A stretch of DNA of 64,000 bases from assembly GCA_965225945.1 (NCBI GenBank), contig CBDDBZ010000038.1, positions 160,001 to 224,000 of the forward strand, written 5' to 3'. Numbering within the stretch: position 1 is the stretch's first letter; every line of letters starts with the position of its first letter. The DNA is from Alphaproteobacteria bacterium. GTDB lineage: Bacteria; Pseudomonadota; Alphaproteobacteria; GCA-2731375. The notes under the pieces were generated by a model, which saw nothing but the letters and a program-made list of their open reading frames with translations, was not told the origin of the DNA and did no database searches. The translations under genes and the position numbers were made by a program. This document shows, one piece after another, positions 50,759-61,794 of the stretch.

Positions 50759-52605
50759 CATTGAACTTTGGGACGCCACGACGGCGCAGTTCCTTGAAGC
50801 GGTTTTGCCCGTTCCGCCATTGCCGCCAAAGATACATTCGTAGTCTTCGGCGGATCCAGGCTTCCAGATGGGTGAGCACGCGGGGGGTCTGGCAGAAACC
50901 GAAATAGCCGCGCCAACCGATCAGGTATGGTGCCAGTTCTTCGATCACCTGCTCGAGGCTGAGCCCCCGTGTCCGGCGGGTGAGGTCCCGGATCCGCGTC
51001 TTGAACTTCTTGAGCGCTTGTGGCGCGATGCGCCGCTCGCTCCCATCGTTCGAGATGCTGAAGCCCAGGAACTTGCGCGCCTCCGGTCGCGCCACCGCAC
51101 TCTTGGCCTCGTTGACCTTCAGCCGCAGCTTCTTGGTCAGGAACCGGCTCACCGAGGCCATGACCCGCTGGCCGGCGCGGTGACTGCGAACATAGATGTT
51201 GCAGTCATCGGCATAACGGCAGAAGCGGTGGCCGCGGCGTTCCAGCTCCTTGTCGAGGTCGTCGAGCACGAGATTGCTGAGGAGGGGCGAAAGCGGACCG
51301 CCTTGCGGGGTCCCCTCGTCCACTGGGCTGACCAAGCCGTTTTCCATCACCCCGGCCTTCAAGAAGGCCCGGATAAGCTTGAGCACCCGCTTATCGGACA
51401 GCCGCGCGGCGACCCGCGCCATCAAGCTGTCGTGGTTCACCCGGTCGAAAAATTTTTCGAGATCGAGATCGACCACGATGCCATAGCCCTCGGCTACATG
51501 ACGTTGCGCTTGGGCGACGGCCTGATGGGCGGAGCGCCCCGGACGGAAGCCGTAGCTGTGCTCGAAAAACGTCGAATCCCAACGCGGTTGAAGGACCTGC
51601 AACAGGGCTTGCTGGATCAGTCTGTCGACGACGCAAGGCACGCCGAGCTTTCTGACCCCGCCGTCCGGCTTGGGTATTTCGACCCGTTTGACCGGCTGCG
51701 GCTGGTAACTTCCTTCGAGCAGTTGAGACCGGATGCTTGGCCAGTGTTCACGCAGGTGGTCCCTGGCGTCGTTGATGGTCATACCATCGACGCCGGGACC
51801 ACCCTTGTTCCTGCGAACCTGTTTCCAGGCCCTTTCGAGGTTCTCTCGCTCGCACACCACCTCCATCAGTTGCTCTGCCGTGGCCGGGTTTTCGGGCTCT
51901 GGCGCCGCCATGGGTGGTTCGGCCCCGTGGTGACCGCCGACCGGGGCTTCACCCCGGTCCCTCGGCTCCAGGGCCAGTGAGTACTGGACGTTCCGCCGCT
52001 CTCCACTCATGAGTTGCCAGTCCTACTTGCCTCTCCCGATCGTTCGGGCCTTCGACCATCGTTGCCGGCTCGGCCTATCCGTTGCTCCGCCTTTCGGCCT
52101 GGAGTGCCTCAATAGCCTTGCCGACGCCATGACCTACTATGCCCTCTGCTGACTCCTGCGCCGCGATCAGGTTGCCTTACGGCTTCCTCAGTTCCGAGAT
52201 CGGAACACGACGCAGGCCTCCCCAGGTAAGTTCGGTCGCCTTCCCCGCAGCCCTGCCGGATCTACAGCCTCGGCCCTTGATGGATATGGACTTCGCGGTT
52301 CGTCGCCCGCTCGTCCGGCCAGGGATGCCTCGTATCCGGTTTCTGTTCGTCAGGTCGCGGTTTTGCTCCACACTGCCTTCGGAAGCCACCTCGCGATGAC
52401 CCCCTTGTGCTTCGCTAATCCTTCACCTCCATCAGGTTGGATGGGAGACTTTCACTCCTAAGCTACCGAACATGCTGGGCACACAACGAAACCGCTTTCA
52501 GCGGTAGTTTGTGGTGCCGGGCGGTGAGGTCGGTGGCGTAACGGATGGGTCGATCCTGTGTTGAGGTTTGGAGTTCCGAAGCTCACGCAACACGGGAGCA
52601 GACCC

Positions 52606-53511
52606 ATGACCGATAGTGACAAGACCATCAGCCCGCTGCGCCAGCGCATGATCGACGACATGGTGCTTCGCGGCTTCAGTGCCAACACGCAGCGCGGCTA
52701 CATCAGTGCGGTGGCCGGCTTTTCCGACTTTCTCGCACGCTCTCCGGATCGGGCGGAGGCGGAGGATCTCAGGCGCTATCAAGTGCATATGCGCAAAGCA
52801 GGCGCATCGGCGACGACGATGAACGCGGCGGTCTCGGCATTGCGGTTCTTCTTCGGCGTCACGCTCGGCCGAGGCGACGCCGAGATCGGCATGACGACGG
52901 TGGCAATGCCGCGCAAGCTGCCGGTGATCCTGAGCGTCGAGGAAATGGCGCGGCTTCTCGATGCCGCCCCCGGTCCCAAATACAAGGCGGCCTTTTCGCT
53001 GGCCTATGGCGCCGGCCTGCGCGCTTCGGAGGTGGTCCATCTCAAGGTCCCGGACATCGACAGCAACCGCAAGACGCTTCGCATCGAGCAAGGTAAGGGC
53101 CGCCGAGATCGCTACGCCATGCTCTCGGATCGCGCCGTCGAGCAGCTCAGGGTCTGGTGGTTGCTTGGCCGCGCCCGCGGCGTGATGCTGCCCGGCGGTT
53201 GGCTGTTTCCAGGCCAGAACCCGGTCAACCCGTTGACCACCCGCCAGCTCCGTCGCGCCCTCGATGGCGCCAAGGCGGGGGCGGGGATCGAGAAGCGGAT
53301 CTCGCTTCACACGCTGCGCCACTGCTTCGCCACCCATCTCCTCGAACAGGGCGTCGACATCCGCGTGATCCAGGTTCTACTGGGGCACAAGAAGCTGGAG
53401 ACCACGGCTCACTACACCCAGGTCGCCAGCACCACCTTGCGGCGCGCCAAGAGCCCACTGGACCTGCTCGAGCCGCCGACGCCCAAGACCAAGCGCAAGC
53501 CGCCGAAGTGA
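52606..53511 (+). CDS. Tyrosine recombinase/integrase
   Basis: Protein identical to 40411-41316. Confidence 0.93.
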   Translation: MTDSDKTISPLRQRMIDDMVLRGFSANTQRGYISAVAGFSDFLARSPDRAEAEDLRRYQVHMRKAGASATTMNAAVSALRFFFGVTLGRGDAEIGMTTVAMPRKLPVILSVEEMARLLDAAPGPKYKAAFSLAYGAGLRASEVVHLKVPDIDSNRKTLRIEQGKGRRDRYAMLSDRAVEQLRVWWLLGRARGVMLPGGWLFPGQNPVNPLTTRQLRRALDGAKAGAGIEKRISLHTLRHCFATHLLEQGVDIRVIQVLLGHKKLETTAHYTQVASTTLRRAKSPLDLLEPPTPKTKRKPPK

Positions 53512-53524
53512 GCCGGCGGCCTCG

Positions 53525-55777
53525 GTGCCGCGTCCCGCGCTCGAGGTCCAGGACATCTTCCGCGACCACGGGCCCGGCTTCCGTCGGGCCCGGGCCGGTC
53601 GTCTGAGCCTCGGCCAACTGAAGGTCATGTCGGCGATCGAGTGTTGCCGCACCGCCGCGCTCGGCGGTCATGTCGCGGCCTGCGAGGACTGCGGGCAGAA
53701 CCACATCGCCTACAATTCCTGTCGCAACCGCCATTGTCCCAAATGCCAAGGCCAGGTCGCGCGCGAATGGCTGGCGGCGCGAGAGGCCGAACTGCTCTCC
53801 GTCCCCTACTACCATCTCGTCTTCACCCTGCCAGCGGCGATCGCCGACATCGCCTATCAGAACAAGTCGGTGATCTACGATATCCTGTTCAAGGCGAGCG
53901 CCGAGACCATGCTCACCATCGCCGCCGATCCCAAGCATCTCGGCGCCAAGATCGGCATCACCGCCGTGCTCCACACCTGGGGCTCGGCCATGACCCACCA
54001 TCCCCACATCCACATGATCGTGCCGGGTGGCGGAATCTCACCTGACGGTAGCAGTTGGATCTCTTGCCGGCCCGGCTTCTTCCTGCCCGTCCGCGTGCTC
54101 TCGCGCCTCTTCCGCCGCCTCTTCATCGAGAAGCTCCTCGCCGCCCACGAGGCAGGGCGCCTGAAGTTCTTCACCGACCACACCAGCCTCGCCGAGCCGG
54201 CGGCCTTCCGTGTCTTCCTCGCACCGATGCGCAAACAAGAACCTGATTACGCATCAACCTCAGCCAATTTGAGGAGCCGATATGGCATGGGGGGCGTGCG
54301 CAGGGCGTCGCGTCCGAGGGCCTCGATCATGTCGGCGAGCCGGTAGCGGCGGTTATATCGGTATTGGAACGCCGCCAGGTAGCGCGGAACGTGTTTGGGC
54401 CGGATCGCATGGTAGGTGCCACGCAGGGTGTTCTTGAGATTGCCGAGGGTGGTGTTGACCCATTTGAAGGCCGGCACGGCGACGGCCCCTGGTCCGGAGC
54501 CGGTGGGTATCGGATGGTGGGCGCAGCCTTGCGCGGTGACCGCGGTGAAGCAGTTGAGCCCGTCGCTGAAGACGCTCGTCCCGGGGCTCAGGTCGCGCTT
54601 GGCCATCTTGGCGATTTCGGCCTTGCGGAAGCCCTTGACGCGGCGCAGCTTGATGCGCACGGGCTGGCCCTCCGCCGTGGTCTGGACGGCGGCGACGAAC
54701 GGCGTCTTGCCCGGCGCGCCCCGGCCGCGCTTGGCCCCGGAACGGCGGCCGCCGAGGTAGGCGTCGTCCATCTCCACCCGCCCGGTGAGCGGCAATTTGG
54801 CGTCGCGCTCGAGCATGGATTGCATCAGTTTCTGCTTGATCTTCCAGGCCGTGGTCTGGGTGACGCCGAGCCGGCGGCCGAGTTCGATGGAGGAGATCCC
54901 CTTCTTCGATTGGGTCATGTGATAGATCGCCGAAAACCACAGGGTCAGCGCCAGCTTGGTCGCGTGGAAGAGCGTGCCGGCGGTCAGCGAGACTTGATGA
55001 CGGCAGGCGGCGCATTGGTAGAGTTTTCGCCCGGCGATCTCGCAATGGCGCGTGGCACCGCATCGGGGGCAGGAGAAGCCCTCCGGCCAACGCCAGCGGA
55101 ACAGGGCCTCGCGGCACTGCTCCTCGGTGCCGTACATTTCACGGAAACGCGGCTCGCTGAGCCCCTTCTGGAACTGAACCTTGTTGCGTGGCATTGTGAA
55201 CCTCCAGAAAAACCACCAAATATTCACGATTTGTACCACATCAATCCGGCTGAGTAAGGTGCGTAATCAGGAACAAGAATGGGTCGTCTACGCCAAGCCG
55301 CCCTTCGGCGGACCAGAGGCCGTGCTCGCCTATCTCTCCCGCTACACCCACCGTGTCGCCATCTCGAACAGCCGCCTGGTCAGCTGCGACAGCCAAGGCG
55401 TCATCTTCAAGTACAAGGACTACCGGCGCAAAGGACGCGAGCGCTACAAGACCTTGCCCCTGGCCGTGCCCGAGTTCATCCGCCGCTTCCTCCTCCATGT
55501 CCTGCCCTCGGGCTTTCACCGCATCCGCCATTACGGCCTCTTCGCCAACGGCGGTCGCACCCGCAACATCTCCCTTGCCCGCGAACTGCTTGCCATGCCG
55601 GCACCGGAGAGTGAGGCCGACGATGCCGCGAGTGACGATGATACCGAACCGCCGTCCCTCTCAGAGCCCTGCCCGCAGTGCGGCGGCCGTATGATCGTCA
55701 TCGAGCGCTTCGAGGCCGGCGCCCAACCACGCGCCCCGCCCCGTGCACGGCCCCTGGCCAGGGCCACGGCAGCATGA
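53525..55777 (+). pseudogene. IS91 transposase split by IS1595
   Basis: Breaks at RKQE|WVVYAK. Confidence 0.92.
54242..55271 (-). mobile_element. IS1595-family element, second subtype (transposase 54247-55194)
   Basis: TIR CCTGATTACGCA; TSD AACAAGAA; VEMDDAYLGG and FSDGL. Confidence 0.93.
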
Positions 55778-56174
55778 CCGACACCGCTTCGAATAACGCT
55801 ATTGCCGCCGCTCACCCGCGGCCACGATCCCGCTCGCCGCAACACCATCGAGCGCGCAGGGAACCACCTGCGAGACCCGCCGGCATCGACCCGAAGTCGC
55901 CATCAAACCACCCTGCCGGTGTCGTCGCCAATCAGATCCGAGCCATCCAGCAGCGCCGGCCACCCGAGAAAGCTGGCCCGCCGCTCGCAAATCCCCATAG
56001 ACCGAGCGTGCCGCACCGCCGAGCCTAGTCCTGCCCGCGGTTTCCTCCCTTGAGCGTTGTCCGACACCTGCCGATCCAGTCCGCCGGATGCAACCCCTGC
56101 GCCTCGGCAGGTGTCCGACAACGCTTAACACAACCGGACTGTGAGAGTTCTCTAATGCATTCCTGTGGGATCGA

Positions 56175-56639
56175 TCATGCCAACAGTTCTGGTTGCAATA
56201 GCCACGCGATTGTCCAGTTACCCGTCTCGGCACGTTCGAGGCAGGCCATACTCCCGGGCTGAAATGCGACCGTCTCAGCGGCATCGCTACCGACGATTAG
56301 GTGCGAGACAATCCGGCCCAAGAAGGGTAAATGGCCAACAACCAGTACGTTTTCTCGCCAACCCTCAGCCTTGTCGGCAAATGGTTCGGGCGGATCGTTC
56401 GGATCAATGCCGGAGGTGGCCGCGATGTCGACGTCGGGCCCTAACGCGAACGCGAGTATCTCTGCCGTTTGCTGTGCTCGGGCCTTACCGCTATGAAGAA
56501 TTCGTGAGAACTCCAGCCCGCCATGCGCTAGAAAGCCGGCAAGACGCTCGACATCATGGCGACCTGCCTCGCTCAGCGGACGGTTTGGATCCACTTCCCT
56601 GGGCAGGGCATCGCCGTGCTGAACCAGATAAAGCCTCAT
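56175..56639 (-). CDS. sixA: Phosphohistidine phosphatase SixA
   Basis: LYLVQHGDA, HSGKARAQQTA and VVGHLP. Confidence 0.88.
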   Translation of the reverse strand: MRLYLVQHGDALPREVDPNRPLSEAGRHDVERLAGFLAHGGLEFSRILHSGKARAQQTAEILAFALGPDVDIAATSGIDPNDPPEPFADKAEGWRENVLVVGHLPFLGRIVSHLIVGSDAAETVAFQPGSMACLERAETGNWTIAWLLQPELLA

Positions 56640-56791
56640 GGCATGGAGGTTACCACCAATCTGCTTGAATTCTTACCATCCTCGCCGGCCGGTGCCTGAG
56701 ACGGCCGACGTCAACCTTCGATATGAATGCAACTGGGGCATGTCACCCAGAAGCCCTTGAGCCGATACAAGACCGGTCTCCACTTTTCGAT

Positions 56792-57151
56792 TCAGTTGCG
56801 CAAAGGCCTGGCAAAGCTAATCTCATGGCCGTCTGGATCGGTCAGGTGGAAGTAGCGCTCGCCCCATTCAGCGTCTTCAGGCGTGGTGTCCGGGTCGAGC
56901 TCGCTGGCCACGGCGTGCTGGTAGAGGGCGTCGACGTCAGAGACGTAAAAGATGACCCGTCCCCACCATGACCATTGGCGGCCCACCGGTTGGGCAATGA
57001 GGTTAAGGTAGCCCGTGCCGACCTGGAAGCTGGTGAACGATGCGTTCTCGCTGCCGTGGATCACCTCAAATCCGAGTGTTCGGTAGAACCGTACCGCCCG
57101 CGACATGTCGTGGGTCGCCAGCGTTATGGCACTGATGCATTCAATGGTCAT
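56792..57151 (-). CDS. VOC/glyoxalase family protein
   Basis: AVRFYRTLGF and WGERYFHLTDPDGHE. Confidence 0.9.
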   Translation of the reverse strand: MTIECISAITLATHDMSRAVRFYRTLGFEVIHGSENASFTSFQVGTGYLNLIAQPVGRQWSWWGRVIFYVSDVDALYQHAVASELDPDTTPEDAEWGERYFHLTDPDGHEISFARPLRN

Positions 57152-57254
57152 GCGCGCATCGTAGCAAATTTGCCGCCGAGTTTCGTTTGACGATCAAGGT
57201 CGCGCGTAGGCAGTGTATTGCTTGGCACCGCATTGGTAACCGGCGGCCTCATGG

Positions 57255-58172
57255 ATGTCGTTGCAGGCATTGAGGTTGATCCCAAGAGAGATTATCGCCT
57301 TGGCTAACCAACGACAGGACCATGGCGCGCCGCCGACCGCAGAGGTCGCGCCGATCCGCAAGATCAGGGCGCGGGGCGGCGTCGAGATGCCCGCGCTCGG
57401 CCTCGGCACCTGGAGAATGGGCGAGAAGAGATCGCGGCGGAAGCAGGAGATTGCGGCGCTCCGCCTGGGTTTCGACCTCGGCATGACCCTGGTGGACACC
57501 GCGGAGATGTATGCCGACGGCGGTGCCGAGGAGGTCGTCGCCGAAGCCGTCCGAGGGCGCCGCGACGAGCTGTTCATCGTCACCAAGGTTCTGCCGGAGA
57601 ACGCGTCCTACGAGGGCACGATAAAGGCCGCCGAACGGAGCCTGCGGCGGCTCGGCACCGACCGGATCGACCTCTATCTCCTCCACTGGAAGGGGTCGCA
57701 TCCCGTAGAGCAGACCCTCGAGGCGCTCGAACGGCTCGTCCAAGAGCAGAAGATTCGCCATTACGGCGTCAGCAACTTCCATGTCGCCGACATGGAGGCG
57801 GCCGAACGGCACCCGCTCGGGCCGGGCATCGCGGTAAACCAGGTCGAGTACAACCTGACGCGGCGCGACATAGAAGGGGACCTCTTGCCCTGGTGCATCG
57901 AACGGCAGGTCGCCGTGATGGCCTATTCGCCCGTCGGCCAGGGGCGGTTGACGGTGAAGCGGGCTCTAACCGCCGTCGCCCGCCGCCACGACACGACGCC
58001 CGAATGCGTCGCGCTCGCGTGGACGCTCCGTCAGCCGATGGTCGTGTCGATCCCCAAGTCGGCGAACCCAGACCACGTGCGAATCAACGCGAGGGCGGTG
58101 ACGCTCGAGCTGTCGAAGCAAGACCTGGAGGCGCTGGATCGAGACTATCCGCCTGCAGGACGTGGCGTTTAG
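57255..58172 (+). CDS. Aldo/keto reductase (start may be 57386)
   Basis: GLGTW, DTAEMY, DLYLLHW, GVSNF and IPKS. Confidence 0.92.
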   Translation: MSLQALRLIPREIIALANQRQDHGAPPTAEVAPIRKIRARGGVEMPALGLGTWRMGEKRSRRKQEIAALRLGFDLGMTLVDTAEMYADGGAEEVVAEAVRGRRDELFIVTKVLPENASYEGTIKAAERSLRRLGTDRIDLYLLHWKGSHPVEQTLEALERLVQEQKIRHYGVSNFHVADMEAAERHPLGPGIAVNQVEYNLTRRDIEGDLLPWCIERQVAVMAYSPVGQGRLTVKRALTAVARRHDTTPECVALAWTLRQPMVVSIPKSANPDHVRINARAVTLELSKQDLEALDRDYPPAGRGV

Positions 58173-58279
58173 CCAAGGCTGTTTGCAATAAGGTTGCGGC
58201 TTTGCAGGGATTGGAGCAACAGGTTGGCAAGGCCCCTAATCCCATCGAGCCCATGAACGTACCCATCGGCCACACGAGT

Positions 58280-58394
58280 CGTCGTCGCGAGCGAAGCGTG
58301 GCGAGCCAGGGCCGCGCGCCCGGCGCTTCGAGGTTTTGGCGCGGCTTCGACGCCTACGGGATCGCCACACTCGCTTCGCTCGTTCGCGATGACG
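58280..58394. repeat. Palindromic intergenic element (alphaproteobacterial RPE/REP-like)
   Basis: CGTCGTCGCGAGCGAAGCGTGGCGA ... TCGCCACACTCGCTTCGCTCGTTCGCGATGACG imperfect inverted repeat. Confidence 0.65.
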
Positions 58395-58675
58395 TCGAGA
58401 AGCGGGGAAGTCGATGAGTCATTTCGCAGGCTCGCCGGTATAACACCGGGCGATGCATCGCGGAACGCCAATGGGCGTATAGTGACCCGATGTGGTCAAT
58501 CGGGCAGCCCCGCCTTGCGTAAAGCGTTCGCTTCGGCGGCTGCCAGATCTTGCCCCTGCACCGGATATCGACACAGATCCGGCTCCAAATTGTCGTCGCG
58601 AGCCCAAGTGGCTACTCTGATGGTGGGACCAGCGCATGATTCAGGAATTTCAGACGGGCCATCGTCGGCCAAGAA

Positions 58676-59986
58676 ATGGGGAGTGAAACCGCTTTGAGTG
58701 GGCCAACCAAGCGTGACGACGGACCGTTCCGGCGCCAGCCGTTGCCGACGCGCTTCTGCAACCTGGAGCGGCTGCTCGACGCCTTGGTAGGACGCGGGCT
58801 CGACGGCATCGTCGCCACCGCCCCCCAGAACGTCTTCTACCTCTCCGGCTTCAACGGCATCGCCCACAAGTCGGACGAGCCCCGCCCCTATGCGGTCATC
58901 GTCTCGCGCCACGCGCCCGAGCACCCGATCATGGTGATCGCTGACTATTATCTGGCCACGTTCCTGGCCCAGCCGACCTGGATCGAGGATATTCGGCCGT
59001 TTCGCGCGGTGATGATGGGCCTCGATCTGGCACCGACGCCCGGCGACATCGACCGATTTATTCCCGCCGCCGGCGCCACTGTCGATTGGCTCGCTCGGGC
59101 CAGGGATCGCTATAGGTTCGACATGGGAAGCGCCATCCATGGCGCTCTCAAGGAACTCGGGCTGATGCGCGGCCGCGTCGCCTTCGACGATATGGCCTTC
59201 GGTTTTCGTCTTGGCCTCGACGACGTCGAGGTGAGCGACGGTTACGACCCGCTGATGGCCGCGCGGGCGGTCAAGACAGAGGCCGAGCTCGGCTTGATCG
59301 AGCGGGCCACGGCACTGAACCAGATGGCCATCGAACGCACCGTCGCGGCCTGGAGCAAGGGTGTCACCTGGCGCGATCTCAATCGCGCCTACCACAAGGC
59401 AGCCATCGAGCTCGGCGGCTTCATCCGCGATCCCGGTGCCATGGTCTGGGGTCATCCGAGGGGCACCGACCCGGCGCTGACGCTGCAGACCGGCCTCGAG
59501 GACTTCGACGTCGAGCCGGGCACCCACGTGCTGTTCGACTGCCACGGCACGCTAGACCTCTACTGCTGGGACGGCGGCAAGACCTGGGTCGTCGTCGACG
59601 CACCGGGCGCCGTCTCGAAGCATCACGCCGCAGCCGTCGGCGAGGTCGCCCAAGTCCTCCTCGAGACCATGCGCCCGGGCATCAAGGTGAGCGAATTGCA
59701 AGCCCTGGGCCGCGAGACCTTCCGCAAATGCGGCGTGCCCGACGCGGCGGCGGCACTCATCTTCTTTCACGGTCTCGGCCTCTCCCACATGGACTTGGAG
59801 CTGACCACCGCGGAGGGTGAGCCGAATGGCGACTGGACACTGGCGGAGAACATGGTCGTGCCCCTGCACCTGCTCTACCCCGGCGGCGAGCGGGAGCGCG
59901 TCTGGCTCGAGGACGTGATCGTGGTGACAGCGAGCGGCGGGCGCGCCCTGTTCTCTTGGGGCTTGGATCCGTTCATCGCCGCTTGA
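58676..59986 (+). CDS. M24 (Xaa-Pro peptidase/creatinase) family protein
   Basis: NVFYLSG, ARAVKTEAE, FFHGLGL and LED. Confidence 0.85.
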   Translation: MGSETALSGPTKRDDGPFRRQPLPTRFCNLERLLDALVGRGLDGIVATAPQNVFYLSGFNGIAHKSDEPRPYAVIVSRHAPEHPIMVIADYYLATFLAQPTWIEDIRPFRAVMMGLDLAPTPGDIDRFIPAAGATVDWLARARDRYRFDMGSAIHGALKELGLMRGRVAFDDMAFGFRLGLDDVEVSDGYDPLMAARAVKTEAELGLIERATALNQMAIERTVAAWSKGVTWRDLNRAYHKAAIELGGFIRDPGAMVWGHPRGTDPALTLQTGLEDFDVEPGTHVLFDCHGTLDLYCWDGGKTWVVVDAPGAVSKHHAAAVGEVAQVLLETMRPGIKVSELQALGRETFRKCGVPDAAAALIFFHGLGLSHMDLELTTAEGEPNGDWTLAENMVVPLHLLYPGGERERVWLEDVIVVTASGGRALFSWGLDPFIAA

Positions 59987-60250
59987 AGGAACGCTGGCCT
60001 CAGCGGCGTCATGGGCGAATTTATGCCTTGCCCACAGAAGGATGGTACAAGAACCGATTAACGGCCTACGACCGCTGTCCTTTCCGAAAATCACATCCGC
60101 ACGTCGGCATGGTGGAAGCCATGAAGAATCGGAACGGCAGTGATGCGACCAGATAGCTGGGGCTGGCGACAACGAGGAGCAAAATCCAGACGCGCTTAAA
60201 GTGCTCATGCACGAGGGTCATATGAAAACGCAGCACCATTTCTGGCCGCT

Positions 60251-61363
60251 CTAGTCGTGCCAGACCCTTCGCACGGTTTCCGAAAGCAGCTCGAGTTTGC
60301 ATTGCTGTTCCTCAAGGGAGAGATTGTTGCCGACGATGGAGGTGGCGAAGCCGCACTGCGGGCTGAGCGCCAGCCGTTCCATGGGCACGAAGCGACTGGC
60401 TTGCCTGATGCGATCGATGAGCGCGTCCGCCGTCTCGAGGTCGGCGCGCTTGGTCGTGAGCAAGCCGAGCACGACCACCTTGTCGTCGGGCACAAAACGC
60501 AACGGCTCGAACGATCCCGATCGTTCGTCGTCGTATTCGAGCAACAGCCGCTCCGCGCTGACGCCTTCGAAGATCGGTTTGGCAATCAAATCGTAACCGC
60601 CTTCGACCAGCCAGCGACTGCCCTGGTTGCCGCGACAGAGGTGGAAGCCGAAGGTCACTTCCGGAAAGCCTTCCATGACTGCGTTGTCGAGAGCGATTCC
60701 CAAATCCAGCCACTCGTCCAGCGCCCAGCCCCTAGTTTCGTAAAAGGCCCGGGTCTTGGGATCCAGCATCAGGGGATAATGAGGTGCGTCGATTTGGATA
60801 TAGACGGCGCCGAGACGGGCCAGTTCCTCGACCTCGTCCCGCAAGATCGCCACGACATCGGCCAGGAAGCTCTCGAGGTCGGCGTAGGCCGCGCTGGAGC
60901 CCTCCGGCGACCAGAAATTAGCGAACAGGCCGGGGCTGGGCAGGGTCACCTTGGGAATTCGGGTCGTCCGGGCCCTGAGGTAGACGAACTCTTCCGCCGA
61001 GAGATGGCGTTTACGCCTCAGTCGATCGACGACTCCCAGGTTTTCCGGCCGCTCGCGACGCCACTCGCCGAGCGTATCGTCGCCATGCCACTCGCCCCAG
61101 AGAAAGGCATCGATGTCCCAATCGCCAAAGCCGTCGACGGCCTGAACCAACTGACTCTGAAACGAGAGCCGGCGCATTTCGCCATCGGTGACCACCTCGA
61201 GTCCCGCCGCCTCCTGCAGCGCGATCGCCTGATCGACGGCACCGTCCTCGATCCGCTTGAACTCCGCCCGCGTCATGTGGCCCTCGGCCAGCGCCGTCCG
61301 CGCCGCCAGCAGCTCGGGCGGGTGGAGCAGGCTTCCGACAACATCGGCGTAGGCGGTGATCAT
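60251..61363 (-). CDS. Cobalamin-independent methionine synthase II family protein
   Basis: DVVGSLL, TDGEMRR, HLCRGN, LEYD and LSPQCGFA. Confidence 0.9.
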   Translation of the reverse strand: MITAYADVVGSLLHPPELLAARTALAEGHMTRAEFKRIEDGAVDQAIALQEAAGLEVVTDGEMRRLSFQSQLVQAVDGFGDWDIDAFLWGEWHGDDTLGEWRRERPENLGVVDRLRRKRHLSAEEFVYLRARTTRIPKVTLPSPGLFANFWSPEGSSAAYADLESFLADVVAILRDEVEELARLGAVYIQIDAPHYPLMLDPKTRAFYETRGWALDEWLDLGIALDNAVMEGFPEVTFGFHLCRGNQGSRWLVEGGYDLIAKPIFEGVSAERLLLEYDDERSGSFEPLRFVPDDKVVVLGLLTTKRADLETADALIDRIRQASRFVPMERLALSPQCGFATSIVGNNLSLEEQQCKLELLSETVRRVWHD

Positions 61364-61794
61364 CGGACGCTCGGTCGGGGCGTAGCCAGATTCGGAAGTC
61401 AGGCGAATCAAGTGAAGCTGTCAGACCGGTAGGATACACTAAGCCCGAACAACGTCGCAGCGGAGAGTGCAACGATGAATGAGTTCGACGAAATCTGGGT
61501 CTGGGACGATGCTGCGGTCCGGGCCGCGCTAGGCTGGTATCTTGGGATCGATCGGCTCCATGGGATCCCCAAACCTAGCTGGTGCACGAGGCTCCCCATA
61601 TTTCAACGGATGGAATATTCGGAAAGGACACGGCGCACGGCCATGAGGAACATGACCGACTTGCCGGCTGCATGAGGCGAGAAGAATTCCGTCACGTCGC
61701 CGTCAGCCCCATGGCCCCGCAGCCAAGTGCGTAGGCCGCCAGATAGACCTTGCCGCCCCGGGATAAACTGGCTTCGGCGGTCGGATCGTAACGG

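Larger units (their letters stand above)
49865..52010 (-). pseudogene. ltrA: Group II intron reverse transcriptase/maturase (no endonuclease domain), interrupted in domain X
   Basis: GPGVDG, SYGFRPGRS, GTPQGGPLSPLL and RYADD; frame resumes KFNAAVAAGS...HA* once 50004-50766 is removed. Confidence 0.9.
49782..52484 (-). mobile_element. Group II intron, class C-like
   Basis: 5' GTGTG at 52484; DV GAACCGCCG...GGTGGT and DVI ending CCTATCCCGAT at 49782; ~1.94 kb without the inserted element. Confidence 0.9.
52485..56129 (+). mobile_element. IS91/tyrosine-recombinase element copy 2, transposase interrupted by IS1595
   Basis: Near-identical to 40290-42896. Confidence 0.9.

Noticed and set aside
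50658-52010. RT as a retron, DGR or CRISPR-associated RT
   Set aside because: It has group II intron 5' GUGYG, DV/DVI and a maturase domain; no template/variable repeat pair, msr-msd or cas genes
61475-61675. 66-aa ORF, possibly a radical-SAM N-terminal fragment
   Set aside because: Too short, with no CxxxCxxC motif; cannot be supported
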